The notes beneath the pieces are model-generated. The model was not told the DNA's origin, did not search any database, and saw only the letters and a list, made by a program, of their open reading frames with translations. A DNA stretch of 64,000 nt from Glycera tridactyla. Lineage: Eukaryota. The DNA lies in contig OZ286463.1 in the NCBI GenBank assembly GCA_965644265.1, forward strand, positions 96,472,001-96,536,000. The letters run 5' to 3'. The translations under genes were made by a program, and so were the position numbers. Numbering within the stretch: the first letter of the stretch is position 1; every line of letters begins with the position of its first letter. Shown piece by piece: positions 13,743-25,976 of the stretch.

Positions 13743-16700
13743 ACTCGTCGAAGCAAGTGTGTTTAAACATTGTGGCAGATGGCCAGGACATGTGATGTCA
13801 GGAGGGTGATGGTTAATAGATGCAGATGTTTGAGAAATGACTAATACCAAATGCTATAGGGAAAATGAAATGTGGGCTGTAATCTGAATACAGTCAAACT
13901 TGTCCACAGTTGTGCAAGAGTGGTGACAAGTCAGTTTGGTCCTATCAACCACACGGCCATTTCAAGCAAAATTCAGGTGTGGTGTTCATCAATAGTGTAC
14001 ATCTAATACAAAATAGTGTTGTCCTGATACATCATCAACTCTCTTTTCATATATTTTGGTTGTTCATTGATATTCAGGCTTGAAAAACTAGAAACGAGTG
14101 TACATGATTTAATACCATTACATTCACATGCGCTGGCTTCAATATTTTGCGGACCCGTACTTTAGTAAATTAAGCATAATTTGAGAGATTCTCAGTTCTG
14201 ATTTGTTACAATCAGCCATCTCACATCATCTGAAAATTGAATTTTCCTGACAGTTATTCTCAGTATCCTCAACATTTATATTCATAATGGTTCCCAGCAA
14301 TATTTTGCTATAAGCAAAAATTGCCTCCTTCAATCTCTAGTGCATTTATGAATCCTGATGTTTCAGTATAAAATATTGGAAAATTGAATATGCTTGCTCA
14401 GAAGACTCAGACAATAATTTGGTATGCAAGAAGGAAAATATAAATGTGAAATCATGTGAAAACATCCACTTGTTCTCTGTCTTGAGAGTACACTCAGACT
14501 CTAACAATGTGCAATTTCTTTGCTGAAGCTGCTTCGTGGGATTTTGTTTCTGATATGCCGTGATATGTTCTAGGTGTAATATATTCATTTGGTCTCAAAG
14601 AGATTGCACTGTGGCTGGGGGCTGTGTCTTACCTAGAGGTGGGCGTTGTGAAGATGGGAGTGTGCTTCTGGTTTCCAGGCATTTCTGGGAAAACAGCAAT
14701 GGTGAGCACTCACTTCAGTTCTTGAGTTCACTCAAACATTGGTGATAACGGCCCATGATGAATATGTACCAAATCTGTCATCATAACTGTGCCTGTATCA
14801 AAGAGCCACCAGGTATCCATTAACAGACTAGGATTTTCAGAAAGAGAGATCACCAACTCAATTCGAATGTGGGCTGGTTGTGCCCACCTGTATTCGCTAC
14901 TGGTATCAGAGAGTCATAACAAGGCCAACAAAAAATATTCATTGTTTCAGGCAGAATTGAATGAGAGTAACATCTAGTCATGCTGGTCCTGTGAGATCAA
15001 GATTCAAAGAGTTGGAGCTGATTCGGAAATTTTCATGAATCTTTCATTCATTTCTTATTCTTAGTCATCATATTGATGTACCTTCATACAGCTCTAGTAT
15101 ACAGGTGGTACTTTGATACAGATGCTGCTCTGGTTGACATCCATGCATCATTATCATTGTTATGAAGGCTATACTTCTCAACCAGTATTTGGAATCATAC
15201 TTATAAATGTATCTATATTGTTTGGTGTATTATAGTGGTGATTGCATTGACCTTGGTCATAATGTAATTGTTTGCTTATGTATTGTACAGAGGTGCTACC
15301 CAGACCGGAATAAAATGCACATAAATGCTCAAGTACTTAGTTGTGTTTTGTGTTGTGTGTGTATTTCAATGTAGATTCAAAAGTTGTAGGAGGACGAGTG
15401 CTGTGCTCAGAATAGCAACAGCAAAAACAGTAGCAGCAGCAGGAAGATCAGCAAAGAGGTAGCCATAACTGAAGTGGTCATATAAGGAGTGATACATGTA
15501 GTGACAATATGACATATTTGTATGTATTGAACATTTCTAGAAATATCCTAAGAAGGGTGGTCAGAAGTGGTGATCGTGGCAGTAGTAGTTGTTGTTATAG
15601 CAGCAGCGGGATGAGCAGCAAGGAGACCGTAATTATGTGCAGGCAATGATACAGAAGCAGCAGTAGCAGAAATAGCAGGCCTGGCTGTGAGGGTTCAATT
15701 TCTGTCTTCACGACGCACCAGTATGCTACTGTAGTGCGACTAGTCCAGCTTTCCCCATTCCTATTAAGCATGGATGAATAGGGCATGGTGTATCATATGG
15801 CCCATGTGACACAGCATCTCTGAAAAGCTGAGGGTCTGCTACACAAGGGTGGATCCGGGAATGGTAGTTCTGTGTACACATTACATAGATATTGGCATCC
15901 TGCTTTTTGCTGTCCGTTGCCATTGGCATTCTCCCCAAACTATCCTCAAGTTCTAATTGTAGGGAGACTCTCTTGGTGCCCAATATATCTGGTACATCTA
16001 CGCTCCGAATCTATGGAATGTGAATTATTTTCCCTTTACATTCATCGCTGTTAGACCCAGAACCTAGATGGCAGAATACAATAGTAGACATCAGGTGGAT
16101 TCAACTATAGGATCAGAGAAAGCCCTTACTATTCGTATCATTCCTGGTGCCGGACACTACCCAATATGATCTGGTTAGTTTTATAACTGGCTAGGGATCG
16201 ACACTCAAGTCTGATAACACTGTTTATAATGCAAACCATAGTCTCCAAACATTGAAGTGCTCTTGTGTTAGCAAAGAAGTTTGAAGGTGAATAGTATATA
16301 AGATGTTTGATTGTTTGAGTTTAACGTCACTTAAACCCGCTTGGGTTATATCTGACTGAAAAACTGAAAATGCTGAAGAAAAGAGTCACTGCCTGCCGGG
16401 GGCCGTCCCTACTCTTTGCGAAAGACAGCAGTGGATCTTTAACGTGCATAAAGGAAAAGGCTCCTAAGACCATAAACTGTAAGTGAAATGTTTGTAGAAG
16501 ATACCTAGACTCAGATGAGAAAGAATTTTGAAGCTTCGTTTCCAATGCGCCCATCAAACAAAATTGGCAGTGATGCAAAACTGCAACTTCGATGTACGAA
16601 AATCTTCACAGTAGTATGAGTACGGATAACTGTACTTCTCAGTGATAAATAAATCACCAAGATGAAAGCTATCGAGACTTCGGATAAATTGAGGGGATTT

Positions 16701-16873
16701 TCCACTGAGAAACGAGCCAGTCAGTATGGCAGTGAAATGAGAATGAATAATGCTCAGCACTCATACAGCTAGCTTCCACCGTCACATGGATGACGTCACA
16801 ATACTTCACCGGGTAGATCATTCTTTGTGGGGGTCTCAGATACTGATACAGGGCGTCTGTCATGACACCTTAA

Positions 16874-17423
16874 GTGTCTATAAATTTCATAAATTTTGCC
16901 TTCTGTTGAGGACCCAGAATGAGGAGTCTTGAATTATCCCACCCATGCCCATCGCATGGGCGTCACGATATAGCACAAATAGAGCTGATGCGACATTAAA
17001 CCGGAACAAACCAAACCAAAGCAATCAGCTAGCCTGAGCATGTAATCACTTCTCAAGCTTTAGCATGTAGTCCACGTGGGTGGGTGGGCAATAAATTTAC
17101 ATCCTGTTTTTTAATCCGTATGCACCTAAGTAGGTGAATTGCTTTCTCCATATTAATTATGTCCCAAAATGAAAGTAACGCGACCCACAACCATGATAAA
17201 TTGAATTTGCTCGGCCTTGGGGTATATCTAAGTAGGTGAAAAGCTGGCTCCATATTATTAATCACTTCCAGTGTCTGTGAATTTCATAAATTTTCGCCTC
17301 CTGTTGGGGATCCAGAAGGAGGAGTCTTGAATGATCCCACCCATGCCCGTTGTATGGGCGTCACAATATAACCCAGATGGAGCTGACGTGACGTTAAACC
17401 CCCAACAAAACAAACAAACAAAA
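16874..17423 (+). mobile_element. SINE/LINE 3'-end family A, two copies (16874-17020 and 17271-17423)
   Basis: Consensus CTGTTGGGGATCCAGAAGGAGGAGTCTTGAATGATCCCACCCATGCCC..GCATGGGCGTCACAATATA...GACGTTAAAC plus an (AAAC)n-like tail. Other copies at about 49768-49911, 50830-50947, 51545-51670 and 58270-58410. Confidence 0.7.
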
Positions 17424-17484
17424 ATTCCCAAAACAGAGGATACACCACCCAAAACCATCATAAATTCAGTTTATTTTGATGGTG

Positions 17485-17662
17485 TATTTTTCAGCAACTG
17501 CCCATACTGGTGGCAGCGCTTGTTACAAACCAGTGAGTTACTCTGTCTGAAAGATCGCCACATCTTCCAGAGGTTGGTAATCTGGTGACGACTTTGCGGA
17601 CAGAGTAACTCACTGATTTGTAACAAGTGATGCCATCAGTATGGGCAGTTGCTTGAAAAATA
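17485..17662. repeat. Long inverted repeat / foldback MITE
   Basis: Arms TATTTTTCAGCAACTGCCCATACTG...GTTACAAACCAGTGAGTTACTCTGTC and its reverse complement. Confidence 0.8.
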
Positions 17663-18560
17663 ATGAGTTTTGTTACATCTGAACGATCCTTACAGACCCT
17701 TGAGCGCATGACACGACACCAGTACCTCTATTACACTTAGCATTCATTCGTTGTGACGAAATCTGTGCAACCTGTGTTCAGTCAAGTTGTTACCTGGCCA
17801 AATAATTAAATATAGGGGAGCAAGGTGGAGTCCTGAACATTCTTGTCTTCGGTCCTGGGACCCCTGGAAACAGTCCAGGGTTGATTAATGGTCCCATGGA
17901 TGGCACAATGGCTTGTCCATGAATTTAACACCAAACTATTAATCAAATCTGAGGTGATCATCCATTCAGGTTGATGGACATCTCAGAACGTAGGGCTGTG
18001 AGCGAGTCTGGTTCCGAATTGATATTTCCCAAGACGTAGATTCAATGATTCCAATTCATCTGAGATTACTTAACTCCACGACGTGTGAAGATCTTGCGTA
18101 GAGAATAACTTACTGATTTGTGAAAGGTGTTGTCAATCAGTATGCCATATGAAAGAAACATAGGGGGCAGTTGATGGATGAATAATAAGTTTCATGACAT
18201 GCAAACTACATTGACCGTCGGCAAGAAGCCGCAACCTCCGTGACACTCTTTTCTTGATCGACACCCATCCTGTCAAATGGCATACAGCTGCTGGTTGATT
18301 TGATCGATTAATTTATTAATTCATTGACTAATCGATCCATCTATCGATCGATTGATGGACTGGTTGACTGATTGATTGATTAATTGATTGATTGGTTAAT
18401 CAATAAATTCATTGATTCATTGATTCATCTCTACATCTCAGGGGTCATATATGCAAATTGACCTATACTCCGCGTCGACCGAATTAAGTACACATGTGAA
18501 AGAAAATTCGACACCGGGCTGCTGTGAAATGGAACAGTTTCTTGAGAGTTGTCACCAATA

Positions 18561-18641
<81 letters not shown>

Positions 18642-18705
18642 ACTACATCTATCTATAGTCCCACTCTTTATTATTATTACTATTATTATTATTTTTTATT
18701 ATTAT
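18561..18705 (+). repeat. (ATG)n followed by (TAT)n microsatellites
   Basis: Direct reading. Confidence 0.95.
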
Positions 18706-18764
18706 ATCTATCTATAGTCCCACTCTTTTCTCTGTTATTAATGGGTATATGGATATAAGATAGT

Positions 18765-20100
18765 GTGTATCTAAAAAGGAATGAGATCCGGGTGTGTAAA
18801 AGTTACACTTCACTGCATTTTAGACCTAGAACCGAGATTACCATTCACAGCTCATCATTTCTCATTCATCATGTCATTTCATCTTCATTTATCATCTTCT
18901 TCATATATGTAAATCCATCTTTTTCATATAGTTTAATGTTGTACATATTTTATCGTCAACCTGAAGATGAACATTGTATATGTGTTGAAATGTATTTGAC
19001 GATTTCAAATAAAAGTTACAGGTCGAAAATACAAATCAAGTCACCCGATATGAGTTTTGCATTATCTCAGGTGGATTAAAACATTTGGCCAGATTTCCAC
19101 CATGAAATTTATTTCCAGTGACCCGTCATCTTGTATTACCGATTGTAGTGTATCACCCAAATATTCGGGTTTACAATATGGAGGTTATTTCTTTCTGAAT
19201 GTGATAATATGAATGATATTTTTTCCGTATATAAGGACTCATTGTTATGTTGCCAGATGCCAAACCGATGTCTCTTGAAATGCCAACCATATAGACACTT
19301 TTGCCGAGTTCATTTCTCTTCTCGTTCTTCACTTTGAATTCATTCTCTTACAAACTTTCCGGTAAGAGAACATCGGATATAAATTTAGTTTTTGATATGA
19401 TAATGTAAATCCCATGCTTGTACATATTGTGGGCTCGCAGGATTCTCACATTTGAAAACTGTGTCTTGTCAAAAGACAGTTCTGCCGAGTCCTTTTCTTC
19501 CATGATTTTGTACGTTCATCCATTGTGCCATGTATTCTCTGAATGTAGTGAAATGAATTCAATACTTCTATATGAACGCATCATCGAGTTTTCATATATT
19601 AAAATGTTGGGTATTGGAACGACAACTAGATAGACCGTCCTGTCGAATCTATAGTCCAATTTGAGCACATTTTATCACAGATTTTCTCGTAACAATGGAA
19701 AAGTCGGGTATACCCTGTGAAGGTTCATTTCCTTTTGGTTATCGTGATATAAAGTTTACGCCTTCACATGCATGGGGTATCTGATGGGATGATACCCGTA
19801 GTGCTTATTCCACCGGGATCGTTTCTTCCTGATTTTTCACGTAGAGCCCATTTCATCAATCCATTTCTCATATCGATAAAAAAATTTTTTTAAAGCGTAT
19901 GAAAATAGTGTTCTTATCAATATGATGATATACATCTCTAAATTGTCTCCTGAAATCAAATTCTCGCCGAGTGCGCCACTCCCTGAAGAATGAAATCAGT
20001 GATAATGCATGGTCATAACCTCACCACATATAATATAAGTAGCCTCACAGTTTTGAGGGAATTCAAGTTCATTTTACGTCGGATTTGAGTTCAAACACCC
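18765..20100 (-). mobile_element. Highly degenerate Penelope-like retroelement remnant (RT on minus strand, LTR-like piece on plus strand)
   Basis: Minus-strand fragments in RT order: SQGIP...KCAQIG, KLDDAFI, FSNV...HGIYI, PEYLGDTL. Plus-strand CCTGAAGATG...GTTGAAA...AATAAA at 18960-19015. Many stops; the identification rests on weak motif recall. Confidence 0.4.
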
Positions 20101-20321
20101 ACCAACCTCAGTTTCCTTTAGAGGATAATGCTTTTGGTGTGCCCCCTTCTCAAAAAGTCACTATGGGGTGCCCATAAATTATTGTCAGAACATACACTGT
20201 CATATCTTAGTAATCCTTTCTTGACGTCATTCAACTGAGTAATTGGCAGACCACCTCTCGGCATGACCAACGCTGGTCTTTGACAAAGGCTTTGTGAGCA
20301 GATAGTTCCATGTACACTCAC

Positions 20322-20369
20322 GTGCACGCGCGCGTACTTCAAGCACAAAGTGGAATCTTGTGGCGCCAT
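20322..20369 (-). CDS. Candidate first coding exon of an unidentified minus-strand gene (MAPQDSTLCLKYARVH)
   Basis: ACCATGG Kozak context, 16 codons, then a consensus GTGAGT donor, in a CpG-rich segment. Downstream exons could not be linked. Confidence 0.35.
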
Positions 20370-20559
20370 GGTGAACTAGCAAAAGTTGCCATCTCGCGGT
20401 AAATTGAGATTGTGGTCAATTATAGTTTTTGATCGTTTTTTTCATCAGATGTATTAAAATATGATAGTTTGTCTGCGAATTTGATATGAAGAATTATATT
20501 AGATCAGGATTCATCCACAAGTATTGCAATATTAGTGCTTCTTCGCGAATTATGATTTT

Positions 20560-20940
20560 GGATTAGAGGCTAAGGTCAGAGGTCATGCTCCAAAATCATT
20601 CCGCCATCTTGGCTTTCAAGCTTTGCAGAATGGCGTTTCGGCAAGAAGAGCTTCGATAAATTGGATTATACCCTCGCCATTCAACATTTTGTTGGTTCGT
20701 CTTTGTTTTGCCAGTGCTTTCGACGAATTCGTTATTGTGTGGCGATCAACCGGCAGGATTGTTTTCATTAATGTGAGTTTGCGCCGCTAAGACATTCGAT
20801 GCTCAGCTTTCATTGCCCGGTTATGAGAATGGAGTGCCAGAATTGACAACTGGAGCAAACAACAGATTGCACCCAAACTCGCCAATCAATCGGTGTAGAT
20901 TTTACTGTGGCACAATGGACGATTTCTAAGAGTGAGGTCC
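20560..20940 (+). promoter_or_regulatory. CpG-rich candidate promoter/first exon of CNOT2, possibly bidirectional
   Basis: Local CpG enrichment; YY1-type CCGCCATCTTG at 20601-20611; donor-like GTGAGT/GTGAGG near 20772 and 20930. A divergent ATG exon lies at 20369. Confidence 0.4.
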
Positions 20941-21369
20941 CGTAGTATTTTGTTGCTGTGCGTGTGTGTAGATTGCATACTATATGTAATCCAGAAATGT
21001 GTGAAGATGCTGTGCATCATTGAAGACAGTCATAACTGGTCATGTTTATTTTGTTGTATTCTTAGTTTTGCATGATTTTATCATCATGGTTGATTTTGTC
21101 ATCAAACTATAATTAAATTATGACACCGATCAAATCCATAGTGACTGTTGATTGTCAGTTTGAGATATGTTGATAGGTGAATTGAACTGTTGAATGTGTC
21201 AGAAAGGAAATCAGTTGGAATCTGGGACATTCAAAACAAAGTTTTGTGAATCCGTAGGTGATGGGTATGTTTTAAATGCTGAAGTTGCAATTTCTCAATA
21301 TATCATAGTTTTCTCTAGTTTTCATGGACCAACTGAATAGCATTGGACTACAGCCATATGAGTGATAAT

Positions 21370-21967
21370 GTTACGCGCCATCGACCAATCTGCGCGATCG
21401 GCCGATAACGCTGCGCCAACGGTCGTTGGCGCCACAATCGATCGATTGCACAACAATCGATCGATGTCAGACAAAATGATAGATTTCACCAAGCAGGTCA
21501 CGGATATGATAATAACAGGGCCAGGTCCATCAACTGGCAGAATTTGGTTAATTTCTTTGCATTCGTTCTTGTGATATTGTTGTCAAAAGTCAGCGATATC
21601 GGAGGTGAACAATCGCCGCCATCTTGTTTTTTCACTCGCTGATCTGCCACTTTGATGCTGGATATTTCAGCAACCGCTCAATATATAACAAAAGCGAGTA
21701 CAGGGTTCTATTGGCATTAGTTGTAAGATTATAGGATCTTAGTTTCATAGTTTTTCAATGTGGATATCCCCTCCAAATACGAGTGCAAAGTTACGTTTGT
21801 ACGGCAAACTTTCGTCACCGTAAAGTAAGCGAACTCACCAGTGACAGCTAGCGGGGGTGAAAGCCAGTGATGGCGCAGCGCCATCGACCAATTCCTGCGC
21901 TAACGAGCGATCGGTCGTTGGCGCAGCGCCATCGGGCGATCGCGCAGATCGCTCGTTGGCGCGTAAC
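21370..21967. mobile_element. MULE/Mutator-like MITE with long GC-rich imperfect TIRs
   Basis: About 50-bp imperfect TIR starting GTTACGCGCCA; flanks AGTGATAAT / AATGATAAG (7 of 9 identical, consistent with an aged 9-bp TSD); G...C termini. Confidence 0.55.
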
Positions 21968-21987
21968 AATGATAAGGATGATGCCAC

Positions 21988-22257
21988 CAGGGTTTTCCCT
22001 GATTGTCTGAGAGGCTTAGGTGGTACTGGGTCATTTTGATGATTTCCAAGGCTTGTTTCCGAAATCCTAGATTTGAAGCCACATAAATATGCTGATTGTA
22101 GTGGAGAATGGCCCATAATGACTAAATAAAATGGGAAAACATATCAATTTTAGGGGAATGAGGCTTAGGTGGTAAAATATTAGGGAAATAGGCTTAAGTG
22201 GTGAAGAAAAAGGCTTAGGTGGGCCGCCTAAGACTTTACATAGCAGGAAAAACCCTG
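21988..22257. mobile_element. Non-autonomous hAT-like MITE with 5-bp TSD (hAT5-like)
   Basis: TIR CAGGGTTTT(T)CC; GCCAC duplicated at 21983-21987 and 22258-22262; internal GGCTTAGGTGG motifs. Confidence 0.7.
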
Positions 22258-22336
22258 GCCACACCAAAGCAGTTTTTCATGTGACAAAGGTAGGGAGGAC
22301 AACGCACGCACTCAACTCGGCTGACATATCTGTCAC

Positions 22337-23038
22337 CAGTGAAGTTTATTTGCAGCGCCATCGCGCCATTGGCGTCTTACATAATGATATGGGCGCACTA
22401 ACAAATAGCTCCATGGGCCCTCCTGGGCGCACCAGTAATTTTGTCAATAAACTAACAGTGACTATACTCAAAGAAAACGCTAGTTGGGAGGGGCATTCTA
22501 CAGGGTCAAAGAAAGTAATCCCTATTAATGACCCCCTACCGGCTGATGACTGGGATAACACCACAACATCAACAGACAGTTCCTGTTCACCCTTGCCTGA
22601 TGAGGGGGGTAATCCTGGGATGAGCAAATGGGGTCCATGTGTGTGCTTGAGATGGCCTCCCAACTGGCCCTTGCAGGTAGATTTCCAAGGTTGACAGAAT
22701 TATTTTGAAACCTACCTGCTCAGTGGACAGGTGGATAATGATAAATTTAATGAACACATAATGGAGGCATCCTGAATTTTGAAGAGGCAGGTAGATCTGA
22801 AAATGTAACTGCTAACCAGACAGGTGGATAATTTTGATGCCATTCCTTTGTGTGCATGTGTATGTGTGCATGGTGGTTGGTAGTGGGTGTGTCATATTGT
22901 GAAAAACAGTTGTTTTTACGAACCTGGAAATGGCTCACAGAATTCTAAAAATGGCCCATTGAATCCTGAAAATGGCCCACTGTTTTTCTGCTGAGCGGGC
23001 CATTGGCCCGCTCAATTTTTGGGCCAGAAACATCGCTG
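22337..23038. mobile_element. Non-autonomous hAT-like MITE with 6-bp TSD (hAT6-like)
   Basis: Ends CAGTGAAGTTT / AAACATCGCTG; TGTCAC duplicated at 22331-22336 and 23039-23044; subterminal TGGCCC/GGGCCA motifs. Confidence 0.65.
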
Positions 23039-24571
23039 TGTCACCATAGTAAAAACATCAACTTTCGATGCTCGGCGCTCACTTAATTTGGCATGTATTT
23101 CGTATTTGAGGATACCAATAGAACGTGCAACTCCTTATCTGTCTGGATATGTTCGCAATTCTGAGATCTGATAAGTATTTATAACATAGCAAGTGTAGGA
23201 AGTGGAGGTTTCAGGTCATTTCTGACAAGAACAGTGCGGCCATTTTGTGTCATCATGTGAACATGACTCCACCATTTTCCGCACCATGGCGCTGTTCCTC
23301 CATGCATACTAACGAAATCTTGTGGGCTTATGGAAAACTAAATATCGCATGAATACGTTTGTATTTCGTCAAAATTTTCCATGTCTGAAAGTAGCCAAAC
23401 TTTGAGAAGCTGTATCTTGGCTTTGGGTAGACATAGCAATGATTTGCGAGGATGGTCTGAAGCAGAAAACGCTTGACTATTAGCGGAATTATTGAAGTTA
23501 TAAGATTGGGACTTGGAGGGGGATGTCATAAAACTGCCAAACTTGTTACCCCTAGCGCAAAGTAGCGCAAGCAATAGTTTTGAAGCATGTTTTGGTGAGT
23601 AAATAGCAAATGATCAAATAATGCAAATATTACCAATTATGAATTAAAGTAGATGATTTTATTGTGTAAAAACAAGAAACCCACCCTGGGTCAGAACAAT
23701 GTTATCACACCATGGTGTGTGCGAGAGGAAGATACCCCAGACCTCTACAGTTCCACACAATCTCCCTTGTGTGTGATATCATTATTCAGACCACCCAGGT
23801 TGGGGATTCTTGCTGTAAGGTTGGCAATATGACTATGAAACATCCACCAATGACACACTCATATTGTCCACATTCTTGTTAACAAAACAGATATTGTAAT
23901 GTCAAAAAAGTTTCTGAGAAATGTGTGTGGGCCATGGTAGTTGTTGCTTAAAAAGAAACCACATCTTGCATGATTATTTTTAGAGTTTTTAACCCTTTAA
24001 TGTTTGGAGAGGATATTTCAAACAATGAATAGATGTACTTATTGATCAGGTTGGAGTTGATGGGTCACAAGAATTTCAATAGGAAAACTAGGTACAGTTT
24101 CACACATAAAGCAACCTCAGAAATATTAATGAATTCATTCTTGTCCAGTACCTGCTCCTTGATCAAGATATGTGGTGAAGTCACAGATCCTTGCATGATC
24201 AAGTAATGAGTACATGTTCTACTACTAATTACTCCAAATGGTCGGGTTGGCATGTATTTTGCTTGCTGAAGAGGCTAAAGAAATGTAGTGAAGCAAATGA
24301 AGACAGTGACAGTGTTGTCTCACCTGGTCATGAGAAATCTGTGTTTTTAATTATTTACGGACTGGTATTTCCTAGACAGGCTCACCTGGTCATGAGAAAT
24401 CTGTGTTTTTAATTATTTACGGACTGATATTTCCGAGACAGGCTCATAGGCTGTTGATATTAGATCCTACTGAGAATGTTCTGACCATCTGTAAAAGTTG
24501 ATTCAGCACAATTCTTTGAGATTTAATGAAGATGCTACTACATGTGTACAGAAATAATCTCCTATGCATTA

Positions 24572-24891
24572 CATTGAAACCTGTTTTGGGAGACCACCCT
24601 CTAATGGGAGACCGCTCTTTATTGGCTCTTCTCTATTTGACAAAGCAAGGTGAGAAGAGATAGCCGCCCACCTGCCCAGGGCAGGTAGATTTTACAGGTG
24701 GGCAGGTGGAAAATAATCATAAATGACATGCTCGTATAAGCAGGGTAGGTAGATTTTTCAGGGGGGCAGGTGGATTTTCCTGATGTCTTCTTGCCCTGCA
24801 AAGTCAAATATACCTCCAACGAGAGACCACTTTTCTTGAAAGACCACTTTTTGTTGGCGTTTGGGGCGGTCTCCCAAGACAGGTTTTACTT
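24572..24891. mobile_element. TA-flanked MITE (GAGACC family) interrupted by a hAT-like insertion
   Basis: CATTGAAACCTG ... CAGGTTTTACT ends; collinear with the 25567-25741 copy once 24646-24803 is removed. Confidence 0.7.
24646..24798. mobile_element. Small hAT-like MITE with 5-bp TSD, nested inside a TA-flanked MITE
   Basis: Ends CAAGGTGAGAAGA / TCTTCTTGCCCTG; CAAAG at 24641-24645 and 24799-24803; GCAGGTAG/GCAGGTGG subterminal motifs. Confidence 0.75.
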
Positions 24892-25566
24892 TATTTTGTC
24901 ACATATTGCTCATTTCCACCTTTCATTTCTGAGAGGATTTGCAGATATAAACGATCAATATAAGCGTCTGGTTCTCTCTTTCTTGGATTGTCTCTTTTTT
25001 GAAAAGTTGGTGGTGCATATGTATCCCTTTAGGTGTCAGAGTGATCACTGATGAAGATTAAGGTGATGATCCAAAAAGATTCCCAGGAAATGTCATTTTG
25101 CCAATCTGGCAGCAAATGAGTGAACTTATTTGACAGACTGATGAGAGCTTTGGTTCATGGCTAATGGTCCAGGGCTCGACATTAACGGTTGCCCGGCTGC
25201 CCGGGGCAAGTAGCCACAGGTGTCGGACAACAAAAATGTTCGATGAGGGTGCCCTACGGGCAAGTCATCAGGAACCCAGCTGTCCGACACTTCTTGATGT
25301 TGATTCAAGTAACCTCCCCCTCTGTCAAGAGTCCACTGCCCTCCTACCATCAGTGCGTAATCTTATAGCCTGCTTCCATTTACCACTGACCCTCTTACTC
25401 TCATCCCCAGATTGTAAATTGTTTCAATCAACACCTTTCTTTGAAAGTACCCCAGCCATGAAGTTTCTAATGTGTGTGCTCAATATTAACTCTAGCTTCA
25501 ATCGAAGTTTGTCGTAAGAATTGGGCATATTCAATGACCTGTTCTGCATAAATAATGAGGTTGGTA

Positions 25567-25741
25567 CAGTGAACCTGCGACGAGAGACCCCTCGACGAGA
25601 GACCGCCTCCGACGGGAGACTGCTTTTCCAGGACAGCTTTTCTACTTGTCATAGTCAAATAAACCTCTGACGAGAGACCACCTCTTTTGAGAGACCGCTT
25701 TTTGGTGCGTTTAGGGCGGTCTCTTGTGGCAGGTTTCACTA
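25567..25741. mobile_element. TA-type MITE (GAGACC family)
   Basis: TA|CAGTGAACCTG ... CAGGTTTCACT; repeated GAGAGACC motifs. Confidence 0.7.
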
Positions 25742-25838
25742 TTAACTAAATATTACAGGAATTGAGAGACCTATACTGTTCTCTCGTGAAAATGATCGAA
25801 TGGCCATGCCTACCATTATGATTTTGGCATAATGATTA

Positions 25839-25976
25839 CAGTGAAATCTGTGACGAGTGACCACCCTGAATGTCACCAAAAATACAACCTCTCACAAGAG
25901 GTGGTCTCTCGTCAGAGGTATATTTGTGGAAAAGTGGTCTCCCGTCAGAGGTGGTCTCTTGTCACAGGTTTCACTG
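25839..25976. mobile_element. TA-type MITE (GAGACC family)
   Basis: TA|CAGTGAAATCTG ... CAGGTTTCACTG. Confidence 0.7.

Noticed and set aside
13541-13850. ORFs containing X runs (also 42052-42364)
   Set aside because: They span assembly gaps.
18549-18758. Poly-Met/poly-Tyr ORF
   Set aside because: Microsatellite translation.
25063-25141. C/D-box snoRNA candidates (also about 32370-32425)
   Set aside because: No terminal stem or recognisable rRNA/snRNA guide; such boxes occur by chance.
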